DNA of 64,000 bases, taken from Victivallales bacterium (GTDB lineage: Bacteria > Verrucomicrobiota > Lentisphaeria > Victivallales > SZUA-371). Below the pieces are notes generated by a model. That model was not told the DNA's origin. It ran no database searches and saw nothing but the letters and a program-made list of their open reading frames with translations. Below are positions 1 to 8,455 of this stretch, piece after piece; position 1 is the stretch's first letter; the number at the start of each line of letters is the position of its first letter. Where the stretch lies: contig CAXXSX010000002.1 of NCBI GenBank assembly GCA_963677165.2, forward strand, positions 421,988 through 485,987, given 5' to 3'. A program made the position numbers and the translations under genes.

Positions 1-463
1 TCGGTTTCATCCGGTTGAGATCGTTAATGAAACGGTCGCTGATTGGTTTGGTATAATGACTCAGGCGGCTTTGGCTGATTCCAAGGGCGTGGATTAAAAG
101 ATTTTCCTGCTTGTAAATCATTTTAGCGAGGTTGCCGAGTTGCTTGGTTCCGAAGGGGGCGGCTTCTACGTGAATGTGAATTCCAGCGTTTCTATGTGGT
201 TTTGCTCCGGCTTGGCGTAAAGCTCTTACTACTTCCTGCAGAGTTTCAATATCGTTGTATTTCAGTATCGGGCTTACTACTTCGGCATGCGTTCCCGGGA
301 GGCTGCCGTCGTAAGCTGCTTTCCAAACTCTGCCGTCCGGCGCCGTTACTGTGGTATTGCTCAGTCTGCCGCCGATTACGCTTTTAATGGCTCTGGCTGC
401 TGTTGTTCTTGAAATTCCTACGGTTTCAATTTCAATTCCGAATTTTAAATCTTTCATATTCAT
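1..463 (-). CDS. Amidoligase-family protein (Amidoligase_2 / glutamine-synthetase-like COOH-NH2 ligase), N-terminal 154 aa only. The gene runs off the window.
   Basis: My own translation of the minus strand from the ATG at 463-461: MNMKDLKFGIEIETVGISRTTAARAIKSVIGG...DGSLPGTHAEVVSPILKY...AGIHIHVEA. The FGIEIE, E(V)VSP and GIHIH motifs are typical of the family. An AAGGAG RBS lies at 473-478 (reverse complement). Confidence 0.6.
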   Translation of the reverse strand, partial: MNMKDLKFGIEIETVGISRTTAARAIKSVIGGRLSNTTVTAPDGRVWKAAYDGSLPGTHAEVVSPILKYNDIETLQEVVRALRQAGAKPHRNAGIHIHVEAAPFGTKQLGNLAKMIYKQENLLIHALGISQSRLSHYTKPISDRFINDLNRMKP

Positions 464-563
464 TTGTTTAACTCCTTGTGTTTTGTAATTCGTTGCGCTC
501 GTTCGCTTTACTGTCCACACCATAGCGCCACACACGGAGACATCCAGTCGCAAAATAAACTTT

Positions 564-630
564 TTCTAATTTTTTTATTAGAAAAATAAACAAACAAAGG
601 ATTGACAATCTAATATTATTAGAATATAGT
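564..630 (+). promoter_or_regulatory. Sigma70-like promoter with two palindromic operators upstream of the RelE/antitoxin operon
   Basis: TTGACA (602-607), 17-nt spacer, TATAGT (625-630). The palindrome TCTAATATTATTAGA (609-623) fills the spacer. A related palindrome TTCTAAT-N6-ATTAGAA lies at 564-583. Confidence 0.6.
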
Positions 631-646
631 AGATTTTATAACAAGA

Positions 647-916
647 ATGGGAATGAAAATGCTATATGTCATTAAGTGGAAGAGTAAAGCTTTCAAACAA
701 ATGAGGAAATTTCCGGCAAAAGACAGTGCGAAAATCACTGAGTCGGTAAAAGATCTGGAAGATGATACGAAATGGGTAAACGTGAAAAGCTTAAAAAATC
801 ATCAATATGATTACAGAATGAGAGTTGGCAGATATCGGGTCTTATTTAATTGTGACAATGAAATAGAAATTATAAGTATAGAAGAGGTTAAAAAGAGAGA
901 TGAACGCACTTACTGA
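647..916 (+). CDS. relE: RelE/ParE-family type II toxin
   Basis: An 85-89 aa basic protein (...KWKSKAFKQMRKFP...YRMRVGRYRVLFNCDNEIEIISIEEVKKRDE...), the typical RelE/ParE pattern. It overlaps the downstream HTH gene by 17 nt. Confidence 0.75.
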   Translation: MGMKMLYVIKWKSKAFKQMRKFPAKDSAKITESVKDLEDDTKWVNVKSLKNHQYDYRMRVGRYRVLFNCDNEIEIISIEEVKKRDERTY

Positions 917-1253
917 AAACGTACAGACCATTATGGAAAACGGAAAACCAGCTTTTGCTGTGATTCCTTATGATCAGTATAAACTGATCTGTAATGAAAT
1001 TGAATCTAAAGAAGTTGTTTATGCTTCAGATGAGATTCCGCATGAAGTTGTAAGTTATGTTTTTGAAAAGCATTACTCTATTGTAAAAGCCTGGAGAACA
1101 TACCTGCGGATGAATCAGAAAGAAGCCGCTGAAAAGATCGGGATTACTCAAGGAGCATTGAGCCAGATCGAGAAAAGTGAAAACAACCAGCGTGGTACTC
1201 TGCAGAGAATAGCTGATGCCTGGGGAATTCACGTCGAACAACTGGAAGTATAA
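900..1253 (+). CDS. Antitoxin with a C-terminal XRE-type HTH. It lies downstream of the toxin, a HigBA-like order.
   Basis: The C-terminal half (MNQKEAAEKIGITQGALSQIEKSENNQRGTLQRIADAWG) is a classic XRE helix-turn-helix. The gene overlaps the toxin gene and is followed by a terminator. Confidence 0.7.
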   Translation: MNALTENVQTIMENGKPAFAVIPYDQYKLICNEIESKEVVYASDEIPHEVVSYVFEKHYSIVKAWRTYLRMNQKEAAEKIGITQGALSQIEKSENNQRGTLQRIADAWGIHVEQLEV

Positions 1254-1270
1254 ATCAGGCATTCTAAAAG

Positions 1271-1299
1271 AAGCGGTCATTTTCAGACCGCTTTTTTTT
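1271..1299. terminator. Rho-independent terminator, usable in both directions
   Basis: AAGCGGTC-attttca-GACCGCTT followed by a T run on the plus strand. On the minus strand the same stem is followed by CTTTT. Confidence 0.7.
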
Positions 1300-1303
1300 A
1301 AAC

Positions 1304-1441
1304 TTACCAACTTATTTCAAGATAATATAATCCGGCAATTCGATACCATATTATTTCCTTGACATAACGTGTGTTGAGTAGATAATACTCGCGTCTAATG
1401 AGAAATTCATATTCCTTCATTCCATCGAAATAACTTTTCAT
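1304..1441 (-). CDS. Hypothetical 45-aa protein downstream of ogr
   Basis: My own translation: MKSYFDGMKEYEFLIRREYYLLNTRYVKEIIWYRIAGLYYLEISW. It is preceded by a strong AAGGAG RBS. It is below the ORF-track size cutoff, and no homology was recognised. Confidence 0.3.
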   Translation of the reverse strand: MKSYFDGMKEYEFLIRREYYLLNTRYVKEIIWYRIAGLYYLEISW

Positions 1442-1522
1442 GGTTATCTCCTTTTTAAAAATTACAGTTAAGGCACCGAATGTAACCTTATATAACTACT
1501 TAGTCATTTTTAATAGGAGACC

Positions 1523-1780
1523 CTAGAGTAGGCTCGGCTGATATTGCCGGGCGATAGCACGTTTTTCGTCATCCGGAAGATTGGCGAACCATTCGTGCAT
1601 TGCATCGGTCAGCGTGGCGGCTGGAGGCGTGAGATCATAAACGTGGCTGATCCGCATTACACTTCTGGCGCCGCAGTCCGGGTTCGGACAATTGATATAG
1701 ATATCGTCCGATGTAGGGGAAATTGGTACTCGGTGCGTTACAATCGCTTTCGTATGGCAATGCGGGCATTTTACTCTCAT
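1523..1780 (-). CDS. ogr: Ogr/Delta-family zinc-finger late transcription activator
   Basis: An 85-aa protein with CPHC...(N20)...CPNPDC, the Cys4 arrangement of P2 Ogr. It has a GGAGG RBS and sits next to the terminase gene. Confidence 0.8.
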   Translation of the reverse strand: MRVKCPHCHTKAIVTHRVPISPTSDDIYINCPNPDCGARSVMRISHVYDLTPPAATLTDAMHEWFANLPDDEKRAIARQYQPSLL

Positions 1781-1815
1781 TTATTAAAGCCTCCAATAGC
1801 TAATAAAATACACTC

Positions 1816-1845
1816 ATAATGAATTTTTGCAATAGAATTCATTAT
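1816..1845. promoter_or_regulatory. 10-bp inverted repeat between the terminase stop and the ogr start
   Basis: ATAATGAATT-N10-AATTCATTAT. It could be an AT-rich terminator for gpP or an operator for ogr. Confidence 0.3.
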
Positions 1846-1847
1846 TG

Positions 1848-3608
1848 CTAGGCGGAGAAAGCCCATTCGCATTCTTCGTCATCATCTTCCAGTAATACAA
1901 AATCCTCATTGATCAGGGCATGCATGATCGCCCATGCGGCGTCAGCGTGGCCGGTTTTGTCGGAGCGGTTTGCCACATACGTAATGCCGCCGCCTCCGGT
2001 TACCGCGCGATGGATCTGCAGGAACCCGGCAGCGATATCGCTCCAGTTTGTATCCCACTCGATACGCTGATCACCGATGACCTGTTGAGCCTTCAGGACC
2101 AGTTTGGTTTTCTTTTCCTGACTGTAGAAAATACCTTCCGCAGCCGGGAAGAAGCGTTCCACCATTTCAAACACTCCGTCTCCAGGTCCTGTGCGGTCAA
2201 TGCCGATGTATTCAACATCATACTTGGCTACCAGGTCTTTGATCGTTGCCGCCTGGAACTGCCAGGCGGTATTCTTCATGTCGATTTTTTCGATTACCCG
2301 GAATTTACCGCGGACTCCTTTCGGTGCGGTCAGTACCACAATACAGGCTCCGTCTCTGGAACGGCTCGGATCATAACCGATCCACACTTTTCCTTTGTAC
2401 GGTTTTTCGGCTTCCGGCTTAAAGTCTTTCCATTCGGAAATATCAGCCAGGCATTTCTCCAGTTCAGAGAATTTGAATACCGATGCCGAATCGTCAATGA
2501 AGTAGCACATGAACAGTTGCCGGAATTCATCCTCGGAATATTCCACTTTCAACTGTTCGATGTTAAACAGGTCACAGCCTTCGCGTTCAGCGTCTTCAAT
2601 AGTGATGATCCGGCGCCATTGCAGATCCTCGCAGCGGATTCCTTTTTTTCGCAGTTCCTTGCGTTCCGGGAAAAGGATTACAGCCTTGTTTGCGCGTTTT
2701 TTTCGTTCGTTATATTCATCGCCTGACCACATTGGATACGCTTCATGAGATTTTGCGGAAGGCGTCGAAAAGAAAGTTTTTCGCCATTTCTTCTGGCTGG
2801 CCATTGCAGTGGCCACTTTCTTAAGTGTGGAAAATTTCGGTATCCAAAAGTATTCGTCAATGTAAACATGGCCATGGTAACTCTGAGCCGTGGCCGAGTT
2901 GGTACTCAAGAAGTAAAGTGTAGCTTTTCCTTTCGGAGTGATCAGCTCTATTTTGTCCTTTCCGGTCAGCTCCACTCCATACCAGTCCAGGGCAAAGAAT
3001 TTAATGTATTCGCGGAACACATCACTCTGGGCCCGTGATGCGGAAAGGAAGATCTGATTGTCTCCGGTAAGCAACGCATTCGTAAAAGCTTCCCGGGCGA
3101 AGTACCAGGTCATGCCGATCTGTCGACTCTTGAGAATGTTCCGGATCCGCTCGTCAATGTGTTCCCAGCAGTCGATCTGATATCCGAACAGGCCGTCGAA
3201 AAATTTCTGCATCAGATCCTTCTCGTCAATTTCCGAGAAATCATTTTTAGCCGGCTTCCGGCCACGGCGGCGCCGTCCATCTCCGGAGGGCTCTCCAGAA
3301 GCCACACTCTCTTCTTTTGCTTTCAGGCTGGCATAAAGTTTCTCAAGCCGAATCACGTTACTGATCAGGCTGTCGAGTTCCTTTATCTCGAGCTCGGTTT
3401 TATTTTCACGTTCAGCCAGGAGGCGCACACGCTTTTTGATGGTATAAAGTGTGTCTTCCTTGTTGAGTGATTTGTCCCAGCCGTCTTTTTTGATCCAGTG
3501 ATAGAGTGTGCGTCGTTCGATGCCCAGCTGCTGTTCTATCTCCGGAACTTTATTTCCAGCCAGGAACAAGCCTTTTGCCTTATCTCTCTGTTCGTCGGTA
3601 TACTTCAA
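1848..3608 (-). CDS. Terminase large (ATPase) subunit, P2 gpP-like
   Basis: 586 aa with an N-terminal HTH-like segment (RRTLYHWIKKDGW), then an ATPase and nuclease body of P2 gpP type. TTG start with a GGGGAG RBS. It is divergent from gpO, as in P2. Confidence 0.9.
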   Translation of the reverse strand: MKYTDEQRDKAKGLFLAGNKVPEIEQQLGIERRTLYHWIKKDGWDKSLNKEDTLYTIKKRVRLLAERENKTELEIKELDSLISNVIRLEKLYASLKAKEESVASGEPSGDGRRRRGRKPAKNDFSEIDEKDLMQKFFDGLFGYQIDCWEHIDERIRNILKSRQIGMTWYFAREAFTNALLTGDNQIFLSASRAQSDVFREYIKFFALDWYGVELTGKDKIELITPKGKATLYFLSTNSATAQSYHGHVYIDEYFWIPKFSTLKKVATAMASQKKWRKTFFSTPSAKSHEAYPMWSGDEYNERKKRANKAVILFPERKELRKKGIRCEDLQWRRIITIEDAEREGCDLFNIEQLKVEYSEDEFRQLFMCYFIDDSASVFKFSELEKCLADISEWKDFKPEAEKPYKGKVWIGYDPSRSRDGACIVVLTAPKGVRGKFRVIEKIDMKNTAWQFQAATIKDLVAKYDVEYIGIDRTGPGDGVFEMVERFFPAAEGIFYSQEKKTKLVLKAQQVIGDQRIEWDTNWSDIAAGFLQIHRAVTGGGGITYVANRSDKTGHADAAWAIMHALINEDFVLLEDDDEECEWAFSA

Positions 3609-3620
3609 TTTTGACTCCCC

Positions 3621-3701
3621 TTTTAGTGTGATTCTAGCACTAAAAAAGTGATACGCATGGAAGAAACATTGTGATTCCTTGTGATATTTTCGATATCACA
3701 A
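3621..3701. promoter_or_regulatory. Divergent late-promoter region with repeated TGTGAT half-sites and dyads (candidate Ogr sites)
   Basis: TGTGATT at 3627-3633 and 3670-3676. Perfect dyad TTGTGATAT-N5-ATATCACAA at 3679-3701. Dyad TTTTAGTG-N9-CACTAAAA at 3621-3645. Confidence 0.45.
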
Positions 3702-3808
3702 TAGCCAACAATAAAACCCTGTGGCAGAATGATTTATCTGCAATAAAATTGTCCTCATTGAGATCATTTATTTAAAAAGTTTTAATGTTAAACGGGGGAT
3801 TTTAATGT

Positions 3809-4720
3809 ATGCCGACTGAATTGTTGACCGAATGGCTGAACATCGGGACCAGCGGTCCTACTGTTGATGGGCGGATTATCAAACCTGAGTGGTTGGAAGA
3901 AGCCGCTGACTCCTACGATCCTGGCGAATATACCGCTGTGGCCAATGCTGAACACTGGTTCGGCAATTACGGTTCGGCACGTAAGCTCCGAACAATAAAA
4001 GATGATAAAGGGCGTACAAAGCTGCAGGCGCGAATCCGTCCGAACAAATACTACCTTGAACAGAATAGCGAAGGAAAACGTCTATTCTTCTCAATGGAAC
4101 TTACCCATGATTTTGCAAAAACCGGCAAAACCTATCTGACTGGACTTGCTACCACTGACAAACCGGCCAGCCTGGGAACATCAGAAGCTCACTTCTCCCG
4201 GCAGGATGATGAAAACGTGTTCCGTGGCGGATCGGAAGAAGTCGACTTCAGCAAGTTTTCTGTGTCTGAATCGGACAGCAAAAATATCGTTGCCGCCGTG
4301 GTTGATGGCATCAAAGATTTATTATTCAAAAACAACAACACCAATGAACAAAAAGAGGATTATGAAATGACTGACGAACAGTTCAACCAGATGCTCGACG
4401 GCCAGAACAAAGTTACAACCGCGCTTGAATCCCTGACCGGAGTAGTAACCAATCTGACCACGAAGCCTGATAAAGACGGCAAGGATGGAAAGGACGGCGA
4501 CGGAAAAGGCGATGACGGCAAGGAGAAAGAAACAGACAAGACCAATGCCACTGCTGGCAATGTCAGTGAAGAACAGTTCAACCAGATGGTCGACGGCCAA
4601 AACAAGCTGAATGACTCCATTGTTGCTCTGACTGGTAAACTTGAAACTGCCTTGAATGGTAAGTTCGGCAAGGATACCTCTGGCGGTACCGGAGCGGAAA
4701 ACGACTGCGAATTCGTATAA
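3809..4720 (+). CDS. Capsid scaffolding protein, P2 gpO-like
   Basis: The N-terminus (...WLNIGTSGPTVDGRIIKPEWLEEAADSYDP..YTAVANAEHW) matches the gpO family pattern. The position between gpP and gpN is as in P2. Confidence 0.85.
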   Translation: MPTELLTEWLNIGTSGPTVDGRIIKPEWLEEAADSYDPGEYTAVANAEHWFGNYGSARKLRTIKDDKGRTKLQARIRPNKYYLEQNSEGKRLFFSMELTHDFAKTGKTYLTGLATTDKPASLGTSEAHFSRQDDENVFRGGSEEVDFSKFSVSESDSKNIVAAVVDGIKDLLFKNNNTNEQKEDYEMTDEQFNQMLDGQNKVTTALESLTGVVTNLTTKPDKDGKDGKDGDGKGDDGKEKETDKTNATAGNVSEEQFNQMVDGQNKLNDSIVALTGKLETALNGKFGKDTSGGTGAENDCEFV

Positions 4721-4762
4721 ATCTGAACTTTTTACATCTGAACTTTTTATAAGGGGATAAAA

Positions 4763-5773
4763 ATGAGACATGCAACTCAGCAAAAATTCAATGCTCTGAT
4801 GACCAACATGGCACAGAGCTATGGCGTGGCAAATATGTCCGAAAGCTTTTCGGCCACCACTCCGATGGCTCAAAAGCTCAATGATGCAATTCAGGCGTCA
4901 GCGGCTTTCCTTTCACGGATTAACATCATTCCGGTTGAAGATATCATGGGGGAAGTTCTCGACATGCAGATCCATTCAACCATTGCCGGCAGAACCGATA
5001 CATCCGGCGATGGGGAACGTGATCCACAGCTTGCCGGATCTCCGGACGGCAGACAGTATGTCTGTAAACAGACCGATTTCGATGTCGGTATCGAATATGC
5101 CCTGCTTGATGCCTGGGCGCGATATGACAACTTCTATCAGCGCTATATGTCCGCGGTTTACAAACGAATCGCGCTTGACCGTATTCTGATCGGATTCTAT
5201 GGTCAGTCAGCAGCATCAACCTCTGACCGTGCAACCAACACAAAACTTCAGGACGTAAACACCGGTTGGCTCTATGACCTGGAGCAGAATATGCCGGAAC
5301 ACTTCCTTTCTGAAGTTGTTGCCGATTCCGGAGCAATTACTCTTGGATCCACTGGTGACTATGTAAATGTCGACCAGCTGGTTTATGATATTGGTTCTCT
5401 GATCGAAGAGCAGTACCGGACTGGCCAGGAAGTCGCGATCGTCGGAAAAGGACTTGTCGCTCATGACATGAACAAAGTTCTGTCTGAACATGCTGAAACT
5501 CCGTCAGAAAAGATCAACTTCCAGATCCTGGGCAAGAGCTATGGCGGTTATACTTCTGTTCTTGTTCCGCAGTTCCCTGATTACGGTTTGCTGGTTACGG
5601 ATCCGCAGAACCTGCATATTTATGTGCAGAGTTCCAGCCTTCGCCGTCATACTGAAAACCAGCCGAAGAAAAACCGAATCGTTGACTTCATCAGTCAGAA
5701 TGAAGCTTACAAAATCGGTAATCTTAACGCTGCTGCTGCGATTGACTACGAAAATCTCAGCATTGTAGACTAA
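4763..5773 (+). CDS. Major capsid protein, P2 gpN-like
   Basis: 336 aa, synteny O-N-M-L. The sequence pattern is typical of P2-family major capsid proteins. Confidence 0.85.
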   Translation: MRHATQQKFNALMTNMAQSYGVANMSESFSATTPMAQKLNDAIQASAAFLSRINIIPVEDIMGEVLDMQIHSTIAGRTDTSGDGERDPQLAGSPDGRQYVCKQTDFDVGIEYALLDAWARYDNFYQRYMSAVYKRIALDRILIGFYGQSAASTSDRATNTKLQDVNTGWLYDLEQNMPEHFLSEVVADSGAITLGSTGDYVNVDQLVYDIGSLIEEQYRTGQEVAIVGKGLVAHDMNKVLSEHAETPSEKINFQILGKSYGGYTSVLVPQFPDYGLLVTDPQNLHIYVQSSSLRRHTENQPKKNRIVDFISQNEAYKIGNLNAAAAIDYENLSIVD

Positions 5774-5788
5774 GGGAGGTGAGTAATC

Positions 5789-6574
5789 ATGATCAGTCCG
5801 GCATGGAAACATCGGCAGCGTGTTCAGGAAAAGCGTGCTGCAGCTGAAGCGGAAAAATCACTGAAAGCTCAGGAACAGGAAACCATTGATAAGATGGCTT
5901 CTAAAAATGGCGAGTTTACTCTTCTGCTGCAGTCCATTGAAAACGACTGCAAACGGATCAGTGAATTGCCAAAAGGCACTGCCAGAACCGACCTGAAGAA
6001 AGAAATTCTGCCAACCTATACTTCTGTTTGCGATGCTTACATCGCTGGGGAAGAAGAATACGAAAACCGCGCCTTGACTCAGGTAATGATCTGGCTGTTT
6101 GACGTTGGTGATATCGACAAGGCTCTGGAGTATGCGGCTGTCGCAATCAAGCAGATTCAGCCGCTTCCTGAACGCTTCACTCGCGATGTCAAAACTTACG
6201 TTGCAGACGCGTTCCTGGAATGGGTTGCCCTGCAGATCGATGAGGACGGATCTGTTGAACCGTATTTCACTTCAATGCTGAATGATGTCATTGAATGGGC
6301 TGTTCATGATGACATCAAGCTGAAATATGTGCGTCAGGCGGCAAAACTGGCCAATGCGGCTGGAGAACTGGACACCGCTTTGGAATACTGCAATAAGGCG
6401 GAAGAGATCGATGCTTCAAAAGCAAAAGTCAAGACCCTTAAGAAGGAACTTGTAAAGGCTATTGCGGCTCGTGATGAAGCTGCTGCAGCAGAAGCCGCTA
6501 AACCGCAGGAAGGTACCGATACTGAAAAATCCGGTACCGGAGAAGACAACACGGAAACCGAAGCAAAGAAATAA
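5789..6574 (+). CDS. Terminase small (endonuclease) subunit, P2 gpM-like
   Basis: The N-terminus MISPAWKHRQRV resembles gpM MTSPAQRHMMRV. It has a charged Ala-rich C-terminus and conserved synteny. Confidence 0.85.
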   Translation: MISPAWKHRQRVQEKRAAAEAEKSLKAQEQETIDKMASKNGEFTLLLQSIENDCKRISELPKGTARTDLKKEILPTYTSVCDAYIAGEEEYENRALTQVMIWLFDVGDIDKALEYAAVAIKQIQPLPERFTRDVKTYVADAFLEWVALQIDEDGSVEPYFTSMLNDVIEWAVHDDIKLKYVRQAAKLANAAGELDTALEYCNKAEEIDASKAKVKTLKKELVKAIAARDEAAAAEAAKPQEGTDTEKSGTGEDNTETEAKK

Positions 6575-6680
6575 ACTCACCCCGCGGGCAGTGGTGTTCG
6601 GACAGAAAGATTTGTCTGGCATTGCCGGGCTGGTCTGACTGAGCCGGAACCACTACCTGCCTTTATAAAGGATCTGAAAT

Positions 6681-7145
6681 ATGGTAACCTGGGGAACTTC
6701 CGACACCACTCCGGAAGAACGGACAATCACAGCCGGTGACTTCTGGCCGTCGCTGGAATCGAAAGATTTTTACGATGGTTACAACATTCCGGCAGAGCTT
6801 ACCGCTTCCACTGTTATCGATCATTTGCGCCAGGCAATCATTCGTGTGCGCCGTGCGATGGATGACTGGAAAGCTGAACAGGAAGTACTTGGCTATACGG
6901 CATTGTCTGAGGTTCCGCAGGAAACCATAGATGAAGAGGGGGAATTGTCTCTGCTCTGGGCCCGTGCGGTCTTCTGCGATGCAAAAGCAGAAATTCTGAA
7001 GGAAACCGAAACCATCAATCGTCGGGAAGTCGCTGAGAATGCAGCAAAGACTTCTGAAGAAACAGAAGAGAAGTTCCGCGAATTTTCCCAGGACGCGATC
7101 CGCGCGATTGTCGGTATGGACAGAATAAGCATTGAGTTGATATAG
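6681..7145 (+). CDS. Head completion/stabilisation protein, P2 gpL-like
   Basis: 154 aa, immediately after gpM. Confidence 0.75.
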   Translation: MVTWGTSDTTPEERTITAGDFWPSLESKDFYDGYNIPAELTASTVIDHLRQAIIRVRRAMDDWKAEQEVLGYTALSEVPQETIDEEGELSLLWARAVFCDAKAEILKETETINRREVAENAAKTSEETEEKFREFSQDAIRAIVGMDRISIELI

Positions 7146-7159
7146 GAGCAATTAAAACC

Positions 7160-7657
7160 ATGGCAGCAGACGCGATCAGGAACCGGTTCTTTGAATTGTG
7201 CAAATACATCAAAACCAAAACAACACTTCTAAAGGTCAAGTCCGATCAGATCGAGAACGAGATCTCAGACCTGTCTGATGAACCAGGTGGGCACAATGAA
7301 ACAGAAGAAGGGTGGCATTTTGCCAATTTCAAATACCGGGGAACGATCTATATCGAGCGTATGCCCGGGGAGTCATTGAGTTTACTCATGGCGTTGATCC
7401 GGGCATGGCTTGACGAATCAGATGATTTACGGGAAAAATACAAACTGCCGGCACCGAAGTTTGAAATCATTACTGAAAACGAAAAGACGATCACGGTATT
7501 CGGAACCATTGAATTTGTTGATGAAGTTTACCTGGTTGAAGCGGATGATGGTCCGATCGAATGGTTCGGAAAAACTTATACAGTCGGAGAATATCCGCTG
7601 ATGATTGCTGAAGCTGGAACTGTAAACGGAGCACCGCTGGATACAGATGATGATTGA
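7160..7657 (+). CDS. Tail completion protein, P2 gpR-like
   Basis: 165 aa. The segment SLSLLMALIRAWLDESDD parallels gpR ...LLIVPVLAWLRENQPD. It directly precedes a gpS-like gene. Confidence 0.5.
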   Translation: MAADAIRNRFFELCKYIKTKTTLLKVKSDQIENEISDLSDEPGGHNETEEGWHFANFKYRGTIYIERMPGESLSLLMALIRAWLDESDDLREKYKLPAPKFEIITENEKTITVFGTIEFVDEVYLVEADDGPIEWFGKTYTVGEYPLMIAEAGTVNGAPLDTDDD

Positions 7658-8423
7658 TTTTGACATAAAGAAAACAGGCTTTAAGAATGCGGTCGACGCC
7701 GTAAAGCTGATGTCTCTGCCTCCGAATCTTCAGAAGAAATATGTTTCCCGGATTGGACGCCTGGTCATTGGCCAGACAAAGAAAAATGTAAAAGACCAGA
7801 AAACGGTAAGTGGGGCTCCGATGGCTCCCCGGGCAAAAACCAAGAAAAAAATCTCCAGAATGGAAGCCCAGGGCAAAAAAGTCAAACTTACTGCCCGGGA
7901 TAACAAAGCCATGCTGAAAGGAATGGTCAAGGGCAGAGTTATTGGAGTCAGGCTTCAGGGGAACGATCACGCAAGAGTCGACTTTTTTCGAAATGCAGGT
8001 CTGATAGGTTGGAAACACCAGCACGGCTATCGGGACACTTACGAAGCATACGATTATCCGAAAACATTCGACACGTCAAAAGTTCAAACCAGGCTCAATA
8101 AAGAAGTTTCCAAAGAGCAATGTACGGCGAATATGGCTGCCACGCTGATCCGGCTGGATCATTTGCCTCCTTGGGCTCGGGATCTTCCTTCCGGAACGGC
8201 GGCAAAACTTCGTTATGTCATGCAGCGGGTAAACAGAAAACAGGCTCTGTTTTTGATCGCAAAAGGAAAAGAGAAAACAAGCAAATCGACGCATGTTTAC
8301 AAAATACCGGCACGTCCGTTCCTGGGAGCAAATGATGAACAGGTCAGCCGGTTCGGTGATGTAATTATGAATTCCCTGGAGGAACGTTTCCGGGCAAAAC
8401 AACACGCAAATTTATTAATTTAG
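7647..8423 (+). CDS. Virion morphogenesis / tail completion protein, P2 gpS-like, with a long internal insertion
   Basis: The ...HQHGY...IPARPFLG... motifs are typical of the virion-morphogenesis family. It is 258 aa, against about 150 aa for the usual family size as I recall it. Confidence 0.6.
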   Translation: MMIDFDIKKTGFKNAVDAVKLMSLPPNLQKKYVSRIGRLVIGQTKKNVKDQKTVSGAPMAPRAKTKKKISRMEAQGKKVKLTARDNKAMLKGMVKGRVIGVRLQGNDHARVDFFRNAGLIGWKHQHGYRDTYEAYDYPKTFDTSKVQTRLNKEVSKEQCTANMAATLIRLDHLPPWARDLPSGTAAKLRYVMQRVNRKQALFLIAKGKEKTSKSTHVYKIPARPFLGANDEQVSRFGDVIMNSLEERFRAKQHANLLI

Positions 8424-8455
8424 TTTAACCGCAACAAAAAAAGGAAATTGGAAGA

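Noticed and set aside
1920-3470. Long plus-strand ORFs inside the terminase gene (e.g. 1920-2726, 268 aa). Similar antisense ORFs lie inside gpO/gpN, the tape measure gene, rpsB/tsf and the GH genes.
   Set aside because: They are shadow ORFs opposite well-supported genes. They have low-complexity or odd composition, no RBS, and no recognisable domains.
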